DNA of 44,830 nt from a virus (lineage: Duplodnaviria; Heunggongvirae; Uroviricota; Caudoviricetes). The notes below the pieces were generated by a model. That model worked only from the letters and a program-made list of their open reading frames with translations. It had not been told where the DNA came from and ran no database searches. Both the position numbers and the translations under genes were made by a program. Where the stretch lies: positions 1-44,830 of IMG/VR virus record IMGVR_UViG_2740892487_000005; one strand, 5' to 3'. Below, in pieces: positions 1 through 9,209 of the stretch (position 1 is its first letter; each line of letters starts with the position of its first letter).

Positions 1-474
1 TTAGGTTTTTTTTCGTTGAGCGTCGCGAATAGCTTCACTGTGTGGACGTGCTGCATGAACCGGGCGGCTGTCTAAAATCACCCGATTAACGCCGCGCTGA
101 TGTAAACCGCGATTAAGCGTTTGTTCCTCTTCTCCTTTGGCGAAAAACTGTGGATGGCGGACTTCCACGCCATAATTAAATTCGCCAGGAAGAGAATCGA
201 GAAAATGCCAAAGCGCAGGCAGCTCCCGTGGGCCGAATGTGGCAGGCAGTTGCAGCCAGTATTGCCCAATGCGCGGAGCCAACGGTGACATGCGGGTCAA
301 AAATTCAGTCACTAAATCATCGCAATGCCGTAATGCTGCCTGATGCGAAATGGTCGCCGGAAACTTAAAACAGAAGCGGAAGTCATCTGTGGTCTGCTCA
401 CGCCAGCGCAGGACAACCTCGGGTTTCGGCAGGGCGTAAAGCGTGGTGTTGCCCTCCACGCAGTTAACATGACG
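1..474 (-). CDS. yecE: DUF72 family protein YecE, 3' portion of host gene; 5' end displaced by prophage insertion
   Basis: 152-aa ORF matches the YecE/DUF72 protein as recalled from memory. In-frame upstream residues diverge into phage-derived sequence near 460-480. The stop at 1-3 looks created by an extra T in the T8 run at 6-13, so the gene probably continues off the window. Confidence 0.7.
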   Translation of the reverse strand, partial: RHVNCVEGNTTLYALPKPEVVLRWREQTTDDFRFCFKFPATISHQAALRHCDDLVTEFLTRMSPLAPRIGQYWLQLPATFGPRELPALWHFLDSLPGEFNYGVEVRHPQFFAKGEEEQTLNRGLHQRGVNRVILDSRPVHAARPHSEAIRDAQRKKT

Positions 475-490
475 GGCGTTAGGGGTTAAC
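455..490. other. Approximate host/prophage junction (attL region) between yecE remnant and integrase 3' end
   Basis: Host-like yecE reading frame ends about here and the integrase stop is at 486. Exact core not determinable without attR. Confidence 0.35.
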
Positions 491-1800
491 TTACTGATTT
501 TAATAATCCTCCAGTACTGCTCTCGTGGCTATGGGGCATCAATGGGGCAAAATCTGCCAGCTTCTGATTCAGCATTGCGATCTGCTCTGCGCTGCTGTCA
601 GCCATCCATGCACCGTAAACATTGAACACCATCTGCGCGCTCGCATGCCCCATCTGACTGGCAATAAAACTCGGGTTTGCACCAGCAGATAATGACCAGC
701 ACGCATAGGTATGTCGTGACTGGTACGCCTTTCTGTGTCTGATCCCCGCGCGCTTTAGTGCCGCTTCCCATGAGTCGCCTACTGAATCGACCCGGTAGAT
801 AAATCCGACCTGCTTACTGCGTCTGACCACATGCGGGTTAAAGACGAATGTACACTCATGGGTCACCGAACGACCGTACTCACGTAACTGCACTTCAATG
901 TGATATTGCCTGCCCAGCCTTGTCATTTCAGCCTGATTTTTCAGGATGCTGATTGCGGGCTGGATAAGATGCACCACTCGATCTGTGCTTGCCTCGGTTT
1001 TCGGTAGAGTGAACTCACCAAGTTTCGTATAATTACGCCTGACGGTAATTGTTCCCGCCTTCAGGTCGATATCTTCCCAGGCCAGGGAGACCAGTTCCCC
1101 GTGACGCATTCCTGTGTACACTGCTAATGACCACAGGTTTTTCGTCTGCTGATGCCGGCATGCATCTATCAGGCGAATAAATTCATCACGAGACAGAGGA
1201 TCTGGTTCTGCCCTGGCTTTTTTCAGAGGTTTAATTCCCTCGAATGGGTTCACCTCTAAGTAACCGTGATCCGCAGCAAACTGAAACATTCCGGCCATTG
1301 TCGTCATGTAATAGTTCACAGTAACAACGCTTCGCCCTTTTGCCGGGGCTTTATTTTTCGTCGGACTCTGATAACCAGTTAGCAAATCTTTCCTGAGATA
1401 CAGCAATTCCTCTTTGGTTACTGCTGACACCAGGCGATTACCTCCGATCCTCGGCACCATATTCCTTGCGACAGATTCATAGCGATTGAATGCGTTCGCG
1501 CAGATTTCCATCCGTTTCAGATCCAGCCATTTTTCTTCAAGTTCTTTCACTGTAATGTCTTTTTTTACTTACACCAAAAGCCTTGAGGTTAGGGGAGTCA
1601 GGAAACTGGGTTGCATAATCAAAGGTTCCTGTGCGGATGGCAAAACATACTGATGTCCGCAGTTCCCCGGCTATCTTTCTGTTCTTAGCGGTGTCAGGGA
1701 CACCGAGACTTTCCCTGACACGCTTACCTTTAAAATTAAACCAGATGCGTAATGTGCCACCGTGGTTTTCGACGCCTGTTGGATATGTGACTTTATCCAT
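486..1800 (-). CDS. int: Tyrosine integrase (lambda Int family with N-terminal arm-binding domain); split in this sequence by a single-base indel
   Basis: ORFs 1537..1800 (N-terminal arm-binding-like 87 aa) and 486..1550 (354-aa core and catalytic domain) are adjacent in different frames. Removing one T from the T7 run at 1560-1566 joins them into about 438 aa. Confidence 0.9.
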
Positions 1801-1858
1801 TGGTGTTACCTCCAGACGCCCAAGAGCGATACGAGCTTACCTTTTTCATGGCATCAAA

Positions 1859-2095
1859 TCACCCTGGCTGCTTGCTTTTCATTGAAGCGACCCAGGCATC
1901 TACAGCCTTTCTGTTATACATGCACTCACTGGAAGGTTTAGGATTTCCGTCAGGCGATACGTGGATATACTCCCTCCCAATCATCCAGCATTCTTTTCTG
2001 GCCCGGAGGATGGTACCGGGCTTGAGCCCGGTCACCGCGATCAGAACACTTTCACAAACCCAATCGTTAGGAGCTAACTGAATAACATTGCTCAT
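1859..2095 (-). CDS. xis: Excisionase-like protein
   Basis: 78-aa ORF directly upstream of int with an Xis-like motif (…ILRARKECWMIGREY…). Confidence 0.65.
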   Translation of the reverse strand: MSNVIQLAPNDWVCESVLIAVTGLKPGTILRARKECWMIGREYIHVSPDGNPKPSSECMYNRKAVDAWVASMKSKQPG

Positions 2096-2104
2096 ATACC
2101 CGCC

Positions 2105-2464
2105 TCACACCAAGTCAAGGCCACGGCAGTGGCGCCACACATCAAACATCCGCTTTACCACTTCCCTACAGTAAAAACCGTCGCAATCTCGCGTAAGGTC
2201 GTAACGGCTCCCGTACCGTTGGCGCACCCATATTTCAAATGCTTTGTGCATTACTTCACCTCTGCAGATAACGTCGTCACAATGACATGCTGGCGCGCCA
2301 CCTTTTGGTGGGTGAATTTCCTTAACTTCAGGCTGGAATGGTGTTCCAGATTGCTTCCATTGCCTTCTCTTACGATAAAACGTGGTTCTGGAGATACCAC
2401 CAAGCATCTCCTGAACGCGCTCACGGTTAACGAGAACCGGCTGAATGCTGATTGTTGTTTGCAT
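2105..2464 (-). CDS. Putative DNA-binding protein (Xis/AlpA-like HTH, Cys-rich C-terminus)
   Basis: ORF 2105..2539; likely start at internal Met (MQTTISIQ…). Segment …ISRTTFYRKRRQW… resembles excisionase/AlpA HTH. Confidence 0.45.
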   Translation of the reverse strand: MQTTISIQPVLVNRERVQEMLGGISRTTFYRKRRQWKQSGTPFQPEVKEIHPPKGGAPACHCDDVICRGEVMHKAFEIWVRQRYGSRYDLTRDCDGFYCREVVKRMFDVWRHCRGLDLV

Positions 2465-2573
2465 GCTTTTCTCCAGGCAAAAAAGAATGCCCTCACACTG
2501 GAGGGCAAAATGGGTGATAACGTGGCAGTGCATTCGCACCCAATAGCCAGCTCATAACTGGCTATCAGTTGCG

Positions 2574-2901
2574 TCAGGATTTGATGTGAAGTCGCGGTTC
2601 GCCGTCTTTCGGCTCCGGCCACTGGCGAGCCATATTCACCTTCAGCTTTTCTTCCATCGCCGCGGTGATTTGCTCATCGGTGATACCGGCGCGCCGCTGC
2701 GCGTCCCAAAGCAGGAACTGCATATCAGCCCACTCGCTGAGGTCGCCAGGATCGGCGGCAGCTTCCAGCGCTTCTTTCGAAAGGTGTTTCAGCGGTCCGA
2801 TAGGGCCGACATTACCGAAGGTCTTTTTCTGACCATTCAGCGTGGCGCCGACGGATCAGGTTTCTGGTGAACTGTGATTTCTTCGATTCGTAAGGTTTCA
2901 C
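2574..2901 (-). CDS. DUF550/MazG-like dNTP pyrophosphohydrolase-like protein; frameshifted in this sequence
   Basis: Hand translation of minus strand: GTG start at 2901 after GGAGAGAG, then …AEWSEKDLR* in one frame and FGNVGPIGPLKHLSKEALEAAADPGDLSEWADMQFLLWDAQRRAGITDEQ… in the next. Removing one T from the T5 run at 2824-2828 joins them. The plus-strand ORF 2586..2870 is its antisense shadow. Confidence 0.5.
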
Positions 2902-2910
2902 GCTCTCTCC

Positions 2911-3150
2911 TCATGCCGCGCGCCGGGCACGCAGCGATTTAATGTGCTCGCTCGTCTCCAGTTCGGCGCGTATCTGTGCCGCTTCGTGATGGTCTAAAGG
3001 TTCGAAGTCTGAATTAAATCTGTCGATTGATGCTGTGTTGATCCGGCCCTGTCGCCAGTAGCGGACTATCTGTGATGTGCAACTGTGGATGATGACGGGC
3101 CAACCGTGCTGGTCAGCGTAAATCTGACCCCGTTGAATTAGCTGGAACAT
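2911..3150 (-). CDS. Hypothetical phage protein
   Basis: 79-aa ORF in the early-left operon, start overlapping the upstream gene. Confidence 0.45.
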   Translation of the reverse strand: MFQLIQRGQIYADQHGWPVIIHSCTSQIVRYWRQGRINTASIDRFNSDFEPLDHHEAAQIRAELETSEHIKSLRARRAA

Positions 3151-3799
3151 TGGGCACCACCTTAAATTCGATTACCCAGACCCAAGGGTTGGAGTCGAAG
3201 CTACCTTCGCCATTGGCCTTATCCCACCACGCTTTAAAGCCGTGCATTTCTGGACACAGCCCTACCGGAACGCCAGCGATCGCATAATGCTCGGCATGGT
3301 TGAAGGCTCGTCCAGCTACGGTTTCGCAGTGTTCGAGCATGTCGCCAAGGTCATTCAGCAAGTCTGATTCATTAGCCGTCTGAAGTTTCTCGACTCGGAT
3401 GCCGGTTATCTCCAGGGTGATTCGGCTGGCGGCGCGAGGCATTACTGCGCCAGATTGTGGACGTGTCCAGTCTCCCCATTCTGGCTCACCATCGGCCCAA
3501 TACCAGAAGTCCGGGACTTCTTGAGGAACTGCCGGATCAAAGAAGTTAAATGCGTCGAGCCGTGAAAATGACTCTCTGACATAAATCGCATCGCCAACTG
3601 CACCGAATGGACATGGATGCCAGTAATCGCACACGTGCTCCTCATCTTCGCTCCATGGCCACATGCTTCCGTCGTCGCGCTCTGCAATTTCAGTAGCCCG
3701 AGTATGACGCCATTTGATAGGGCGCCGAACCTGCGTCATGCTGCCATCAAGCAAGGCGCGCACCTGATACTCATTAAAAATCATTCCACGATCTTTCAC
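3113..3799 (-). CDS. Hypothetical phage protein (228 aa, acidic, Trp-rich)
   Basis: Long ORF in the early-left operon; no family recognised by eye. Confidence 0.6.
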   Translation of the reverse strand: MKDRGMIFNEYQVRALLDGSMTQVRRPIKWRHTRATEIAERDDGSMWPWSEDEEHVCDYWHPCPFGAVGDAIYVRESFSRLDAFNFFDPAVPQEVPDFWYWADGEPEWGDWTRPQSGAVMPRAASRITLEITGIRVEKLQTANESDLLNDLGDMLEHCETVAGRAFNHAEHYAIAGVPVGLCPEMHGFKAWWDKANGEGSFDSNPWVWVIEFKVVPNVPANSTGSDLR

Positions 3800-4020
3800 T
3801 GGATCCCCCTCTGCTTATTCCTCAATTCGATTTCTTCCTGGCAACTGGAGCACGTCTTGCAGCCGGGAACGGCAGCGCGGCGCGGCTCGGGAATTGGTTC
3901 GTCGCATTCTTCACAATGCTCAGCTGATACTGCGCTGTGGTCGATGCGGTGAGCGGAAAGGGCAGCGTTACGCTGAAGCTCTTCAATCTCTGCTGCGGTA
4001 TCGATGATGTCCATGGTCAA
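3796..4020 (-). CDS. TraR/DksA family C4-type zinc-finger protein
   Basis: 74 aa with C-terminal CEECDEPIPEPRR…CKTCSSC motif typical of phage TraR/DksA-like proteins. Confidence 0.75.
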   Translation of the reverse strand: MTMDIIDTAAEIEELQRNAALSAHRIDHSAVSAEHCEECDEPIPEPRRAAVPGCKTCSSCQEEIELRNKQRGIQ

Positions 4021-4106
4021 TGCTCCCGGAACTGTCGGTTAATTCGGTTGAAGGTGAACGCCAGCAATAAAAAAAGGCCGCTTTAGCGACCCGGTGATCA
4101 GTGCCT

Positions 4107-4298
4107 TCATGCTGCACCGCCTTCATTCTTCTCGGCTTCGACTGCCATCTGCTCAAGCCGTAGTGAAAGCTCGGCGGCCAGCGTCTGGAATTCTTCCTCG
4201 GTCGCCACAGGAATCGGCACAAAGCGAATCCCGATGTGGGCTAGGTGATTGGCAATTTCGAGGCTCTTCCTCAAATCAACGGGCGAGGCTTTGTTCAT
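4107..4298 (-). CDS. Hypothetical small phage protein
   Basis: 63-aa ORF in operon context. Confidence 0.45.
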   Translation of the reverse strand: MNKASPVDLRKSLEIANHLAHIGIRFVPIPVATEEEFQTLAAELSLRLEQMAVEAEKNEGGAA

Positions 4299-4669
4299 GC
4301 GGCTTTCTCCCCGGGTAATGGTTTCAGACCGTCATTCAGCGTGCGCTCAAGGTTGGACAATATTCCTCGCAACCTCTTTATCTCTTCATCCTCGGTCAGT
4401 CGGCGCATTGCTTCCCATAGCGTCCTTGTCAGAACATACATAGGGACATTCGGGTCGAGGCCAAGTGCTTTCGCCAGACCTTGCTGAGCGTCGGTTAACC
4501 TTTCCTCCGATTCCTCCCGGCGCTTACGTCGGCGTTGCATCTCCTCCTCACTTTCCTGGCGCAGGTTCTTCAGCCTTTCATCGTTATCCCTAACCTGCTG
4601 CTCAAGCCGCTCCTTCGACCGATGCGCTCGACAAACAAGATCGGCGATTTCGCTGCCATGTCGCTTCAT
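4295..4669 (-). CDS. Hypothetical coiled-coil protein (possibly the C-terminal part of one gene with 4602..5162)
   Basis: 124-aa ORF rich in charged heptads. It overlaps the upstream ORF by 68 nt; a T7 run at 4707-4713 could be an indel that splits a single gene. Confidence 0.45.
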   Translation of the reverse strand: MKRHGSEIADLVCRAHRSKERLEQQVRDNDERLKNLRQESEEEMQRRRKRREESEERLTDAQQGLAKALGLDPNVPMYVLTRTLWEAMRRLTEDEEIKRLRGILSNLERTLNDGLKPLPGEKAA

Positions 4670-5162
4670 AAGTTTTTGTTCGCTGAGGTAGGTGTTGATT
4701 ACGCGATTTTTTTATTTGGGTTCTCTCTGCCTGTCGCGTCATGCCATCCATAAGCAACTTCATCCAGGCGTCGCGAGGTAGGTTATCAATCTGGCGCATT
4801 GTCGGCCCCTTGAGGGTATGCCATCCAGTTTCCTTCCGGATCATCAAGCCACAACCATCTGGGATGTCGCTTTTCTTGAGCATGCCTTCAGGAACTGCAA
4901 AAACAACGCCACCTGCATAGCTGAAGTATTTGGTGTATTTGCCTGCTGTAACGTCAGCCCGGAAATCACCTACGCTGACTTTAACCTCATAGACGACTGG
5001 GCAGAACTTGCTGTAGCTGTGAGCAATAGAGTAGACATCAGGTCGGCACGTTCCGGCGGGCCCAAGCTGCATATCCTCCCAGCAGATGCGCGCTGTGTTC
5101 TGGCGCAAATGCTCTGCAAGGTCATGAGCAAGCTCGTTATGACCCCATTTTTTTGTTGTCAT
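4602..5162 (-). CDS. Hypothetical phage protein (186 aa)
   Basis: ORF MTTKKWGHNELAHDLAEHL…; family not recognised with confidence. Confidence 0.55.
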   Translation of the reverse strand: MTTKKWGHNELAHDLAEHLRQNTARICWEDMQLGPAGTCRPDVYSIAHSYSKFCPVVYEVKVSVGDFRADVTAGKYTKYFSYAGGVVFAVPEGMLKKSDIPDGCGLMIRKETGWHTLKGPTMRQIDNLPRDAWMKLLMDGMTRQAERTQIKKSRNQHLPQRTKTYEATWQRNRRSCLSSASVEGAA

Positions 5163-5380
5163 TGTTCTGCTCCGAAGCGGCGATTAAGCCGCCCTGTGTA
5201 TACGACGAACTCCAGGAGGCTAACTCCCAGAGCTTCAATTTTCTTATGATGCTTGTTGATGATGGGAGGCACCGTTTCGTTCCAGTTAGGCTTTGGCTTC
5301 TTGCGCATGGCCTGCTGGATTTTCTCGGTGCAGCGACGGCAGGCGGCGCGGATGGCGTTGTCTGTTTCAGATGTCATGAC
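5159..5380 (-). CDS. Hypothetical small protein
   Basis: ORF 5159..5536 with likely start at internal Met (MTSETDNAIRAACRRC…) preceded by a G-rich RBS. Confidence 0.45.
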   Translation of the reverse strand, partial: VMTSETDNAIRAACRRCTEKIQQAMRKKPKPNWNETVPPIINKHHKKIEALGVSLLEFVVYTGRLNRRFGAEQ

Positions 5381-5474
5381 TTGCCCCCATGATTTGCAAA
5401 TTCTCCATGGACTTGCTCGCGGAGGCCCGAGAATTGCCCGGCTCGCCCTGGCCGGCGATAGAAGGGTGTGCGTT

Positions 5475-6155
5475 TCATTTCCACTGCTCCCCGAACGTGA
5501 AGCCGATTTCCGCCAGCGCCTCGTCCATCTTCTCAATGAACTCCGGCACCATTTCGTTGAAATCGGTCATGTACTGCGGATCCCGCTCAACGACGACGTG
5601 GTGAATACCTTCGCGTTTCATGCGCGGGTCGTAGTTGGCAAAGAACCAGGCTTCTTTCCCGGTCACCCACATGCTGTACTGCACCTGGGCCATGTACTCT
5701 GACTTAATGGCTTCGAAACCGCCGAGGCGGAATTTCATGAAGTCGCGGGAGGTGAACGGACATTTCAATTCGAGGCCGAAATTGTTACTGCAAAGGCCGT
5801 CAGGGGAGCACGCGGTGCGCATGCTCTCGTCACGGAACAGGATCGGAGACTCCGTGACTTTCACGTCGGTGGTGAACTCGAAGAGGGTGCGGGCGTCTTC
5901 CTCGTACTGCTTTCCCCAGGCCAGAGCCTTGGCGTTAACCTCTGGCGCGACGCCGGTGCATACCTCGGCGAGTAGGGTGTGGAAGTAGGACATCTTCATG
6001 CCCGTCCATTTGGTGCCGGAGCGCGGCTTGGATATTACGTTGTGCACTTCAGAGGCGGTGATAACGCCGAGCCTTAATTTGGCCCATGCTTCATCACCTT
6101 GCTCTACGGTGGACACATCAATGCCGGTCCTGGCCAGGATAATTTCGGGTGTCAT
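5475..6155 (-). CDS. exo: Exonuclease (lambda Exo / YqaJ-like recombination exonuclease)
   Basis: 226-aa protein closely resembling lambda Exo (MTP.IIL.RTGIDV…GDEAW…[15 protein letters not shown]… [24 protein letters not shown]…). Confidence 0.9.
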   Translation of the reverse strand: MTPEIILARTGIDVSTVEQGDEAWAKLRLGVITASEVHNVISKPRSGTKWTGMKMSYFHTLLAEVCTGVAPEVNAKALAWGKQYEEDARTLFEFTTDVKVTESPILFRDESMRTACSPDGLCSNNFGLELKCPFTSRDFMKFRLGGFEAIKSEYMAQVQYSMWVTGKEAWFFANYDPRMKREGIHHVVVERDPQYMTDFNEMVPEFIEKMDEALAEIGFTFGEQWK

Positions 6156-7013
6156 GCTGCCGCCTTAGCTTTTTTCTGAAGGAAGTTGAACCCTTTCTGT
6201 GCCTCTTCTTCAGTGAGGTCTGACGCCTCAAGAATTGGCCGTTTGAAGATGTCGCTGCACACTGGGAGGAAGTCTTGCTCCCAGTCTTTATTCAGCGATG
6301 TTAAGAGATCGGTGATCGCCTGAAGTGTTTCTTCGCTTGCTGCTGGTGGAAGCGCTTCTGTGGTGCTGCGCGGGGTGACGTCACGAATATCAACGTCCAG
6401 CGATTTGCCTTCCATTTCTTCTGCAGTAGGCTGCTGTCCAATCTCAGGCCATGCCTTGCGCAACGCCTGGGCTTCTGCGCATTTCGCCAGCTGTCCATAC
6501 GGGCGTTTTTTTCCACATCGCGTTCGGCGCCGTGGTGTCACGTCCGCCGGTGGCGTAGTTTTCAATCCAGTATTCTTTAGCGCTGAACTCGACGATCTCG
6601 CCGCTGGGCATGCGCTTGAAAACGGTGTATTTGCACCACTGAGGGAAGGTCACCTCGACACCAGTAAGCGTCTGAGTTACGTCGGGCCCGAACTCGGGCT
6701 CGCGAGCCCCGGCATAATCGCCGGAGCGGTCTGCCTGAATGCGGTAAAGTCCGATGCCCGGCATGACGACGTCGCGCCATTCGCCTTTACCTGTTTTCGA
6801 GTCTTTGACGTACATCGGAACGAGGTGGACAGGTTTGAGCAACGGATCCAGCTGGCGGGCGCGGCAGTAGTCAAGCGCCATCATTACCGATTCGTCTTTG
6901 GCGCCAGGATAGATGCTGTTCTTCAGCGCGCTCCAGGTGGAGACGTCGACGCCTATCTCCTGAAGCGACGTCGCTGTGATTGTTAATTCGTTTGCCATCG
7001 TTAATCCCCTCAA
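6152..7013 (-). CDS. bet: Recombination protein Bet (RecT family single-strand annealing protein); split by an indel in this sequence
   Basis: ORFs 6444..7013 (N-terminal) and 6152..6565 (C-terminal …[38 protein letters not shown], Bet-like) overlap in different frames. Removing one T from the T7 run at 6506-6512 joins them. Confidence 0.85.
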
Positions 7014-7016
7014 AAA

Positions 7017-7301
7017 TTAAAATGGGCAGCCGGTACGGTGTTCCCAGTCGTATTCCGCCTGGGCGTAAGCAACTGCCGAAATGAAATCGTTGTAGGCCTC
7101 GCCAGCTTTATCGCTGCGAAGTCCTTCGTATGGACTGGCGTCAATCGGTACGGAGAAGTGGAAGAGGCCGGACGGCTCTTTTGGCATCATGTCGATGATT
7201 TGTTGCGCCCGGTCGTCGATCCACTTCTCTTTCTCGTCGGTGATCTGCTGCTCAGCCCAGCGCCGATCTTCGATGCGGTCGTAAGTGAGGTATGCGTTCA
7301 T
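7017..7301 (-). CDS. gam: Host-nuclease inhibitor Gam-like protein
   Basis: 94 aa beginning MNAYLTYDRIEDRRWAEQQ…, similar to the lambda Gam core; positioned after bet. Confidence 0.65.
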   Translation of the reverse strand: MNAYLTYDRIEDRRWAEQQITDEKEKWIDDRAQQIIDMMPKEPSGLFHFSVPIDASPYEGLRSDKAGEAYNDFISAVAYAQAEYDWEHRTGCPF

Positions 7302-7808
7302 AAATTCTCCGGTTTTCTTTCTTCATGAACGGCATGCTTGCCGTGCATTCGCTCTCTTGCTGCAACGACAACAGCCCTGGCCTCATTAAGGTCGGTGAAA
7401 TTGCCAAGGTGGTATTTTTTGCCGTCGATAGAGCAGCGCGCGTGCCAGCGTTTATCTTTCTTATTCCAATAAACGCCTTTGACGCCGCTTGTGTTGTTTT
7501 TTGGAGAGAGCTTATTTAGCTGATTAATGCAGTGAGGAACGTCCCTGAGGTTGCATAACCTGTTGTCAGTTCTGATGCCGTTTATGTGGTCTATTTCATG
7601 CTCAGGCCACGAACCATACGAATAAAGCCATGCCAGGCGATGGCATAAATATCTTTCGTGGTCGATAGATACTCGAAGATAACCCATAGGGTTTAACGAC
7701 CCAGCGATAGAGCCGGTAACCATGCCGCCGGCAGTTTTTTAGCCTGGTGAAAATCCCAGTCTCTGCGTCGTAGTGAAATAACTCCTTTAACCTCTGAATT
7801 GAAAGCAT
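7298..7808 (-). CDS. HNH endonuclease (AP2-domain type); split by an indel in this sequence
   Basis: N-terminal ORF 7602..7808 (MLSIQRLKELFHYDAETGIFTRLKN…) and C-terminal ORF 7298..7723 (…GYLRVSIDHERYLCHRLAW…KGVYWNKK…) join if one T is removed from the T6 run at 7735-7740. Confidence 0.75.
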
Positions 7809-7854
7809 GGCAATGCCTCCCGGTTAGTCCAGGCCGATCGGTTGAATAGGGTGG

Positions 7855-8052
7855 TTACTGCTGCGCGATGGATTTCGCCGGGAACTCGCCGTTGCGGATG
7901 ATGCTTTCTACCGGCCAGCACTCAGCTGACACTTTCTGCTCTGTAGCTGCCAGGCTGCATTCCTGCTGGCTGTCGTAAACGCCGAGAATGACATCCTGAT
8001 AATCACCGTTGGTCATTGCCACGGTCAGGACGAGTGCGAATAAAGTTTCCAT
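7855..8052 (-). CDS. Hypothetical small protein with hydrophobic N-terminus
   Basis: Internal Met of ORF 7855..8106 (METLFALVLTVAMT…) preceded by GGGAGGA. Confidence 0.4.
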   Translation of the reverse strand: METLFALVLTVAMTNGDYQDVILGVYDSQQECSLAATEQKVSAECWPVESIIRNGEFPAKSIAQQ

Positions 8053-8180
8053 CAGTGAAGAGTCCTCCCGATGGCGACGGCGTAAAGGCGTTTTGCTTCT
8101 TCCCACGCCGGAGCATTGCGATGGAGCACCGCGAACGACGCGAGCCGTTGGGCCTCTCTGATCTGCTGCTGGTTTACCAT
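8052..8180 (-). CDS. Hypothetical small protein (42 aa)
   Basis: Hand translation MVNQQQIREAQRLASFAVLHRNAPAWEEAKRLYAVAIGRTLH; strong RBS AAGAGGAA; stop overlaps the next start. Confidence 0.3.
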   Translation of the reverse strand: MVNQQQIREAQRLASFAVLHRNAPAWEEAKRLYAVAIGRTLH

Positions 8181-8336
8181 GATTTCCTCTTGGCCTTATC
8201 GCGGCGAACGGAACGGTTAATACAAGACTTCAACGCATTTATTCAGTGTTTCAATGGGCGGTGGATGGCCGCCGGTTGTCATAACTTGAGCCACTCGTAA
8301 ATGACTCCAGGTATGAAAAAGCCGCTGGTTAGGCGG

Positions 8337-8633
8337 CTATTGAGGTTCGCGCGGCTTGTGGTCGAATCGGTGCCACCCGTCAGTTAATTCAAATGGAGCA
8401 TAACTTTCCCGGCGCTCAGCGAACCCAAGCTCAACAGACAGAGCGTGCAGCTCATGCCGACGCTTAATCTGTTCCATCGCAATCCAGTCAGCATCGGCAT
8501 TGCGCTTTTGAGCTTGCTTCGGCGACAGGTCTAAACTGTTTATTTCACTTAGTTTCTGCTGACGCTTGATGTCCTGTTTCATATTGCGAAGCGCATTTAT
8601 CATTGAGTCGATGCGCTTGATGTCGTCGATCAT
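8337..8633 (-). CDS. Hypothetical phage protein (98 aa)
   Basis: ORF in the early-left operon; not Arg-rich, so not called as an N antiterminator. Confidence 0.5.
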   Translation of the reverse strand: MIDDIKRIDSMINALRNMKQDIKRQQKLSEINSLDLSPKQAQKRNADADWIAMEQIKRRHELHALSVELGFAERRESYAPFELTDGWHRFDHKPREPQ

Positions 8634-9049
8634 CCCCTTACCCTCTGTCGTTACCCGCTGATGCGGGAGAAATGCTTTGGCTATGTGGTAGGTGGGAGAC
8701 CCATTTCGACCCGATTCGGCCTACTTATCTTCGGCAATAGCTCCTCGGGCCTCGCCGCTTTACGTGCGACATATTCCCGTCCATGAACCCTTCACCACAT
8801 CCCATAACATTCCCTGTATTGGTCAGCGCCAACTCCCTGCCAGTGTTGCCCGTTCTCACGCCGTTCTCGCTCTCGCGCGGGGATACTCTCTCACCGACCG
8901 GATCGCACCCGGTGATACAGCACGTTTACGTGTAGGGGTCTTAACAGGTCATTGACGCTGTAAATCTGCATGTTGTTAAAAAGCAGGCGACTTGCTGTCC
9001 GCCGCTGGCTAACTTCGCTCAGCTGTCGATGTTTCGTTTCGATGGGGTA

Positions 9050-9127
9050 AATTTAGCGTGATGCTAAATTATGCGCAATAGCAAAATGCTAAATTGTTGA
9101 ATGGTTTTATTTAGCGTATTGATTAAT
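9050..9127. promoter_or_regulatory. Putative OL/PL operator-promoter region
   Basis: Three sites built on inverted half sites TTTAGC-N5-GCTAAA (e.g. 9052-9068 TTTAGCgtgatGCTAAA) downstream of the cI terminator. Confidence 0.5.
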
Positions 9128-9162
9128 AAGCGATTAAAAATTTACAGCGAAGGAATTCGGGA

Positions 9163-9190
9163 CGTAAAAAAGCCCGCGCGATGGCGGGCT
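9163..9190 (-). terminator. Intrinsic terminator downstream of cI
   Basis: Stem GCCCGC/GCGGGC with 6-nt loop followed by a U-run on the minus-strand transcript. Confidence 0.6.
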
Positions 9191-9209
9191 TGAGGGGTTT
9201 TGCGTGAGG

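Noticed and set aside
486-1800. Integrase as two separate genes (87-aa and 354-aa ORFs)
   Set aside because: The two ORFs are the arm-binding and catalytic parts of one integrase, separated only by a one-base shift in a T7 run.
2586-2870. Plus-strand 94-aa ORF
   Set aside because: Antisense shadow of the minus-strand DUF550-like gene; its product is Arg-rich and low-complexity.
8692-8955. Plus-strand 87-aa ORF in the leftward promoter-distal intergenic region
   Set aside because: Opposite to the operon direction, no RBS, Pro/Arg-rich product; more likely non-coding leader sequence.
8975-9010. Candidate terminator just downstream of the leftward operators
   Set aside because: Inverted repeats here are imperfect (bulged stem) and could not be folded convincingly by eye.
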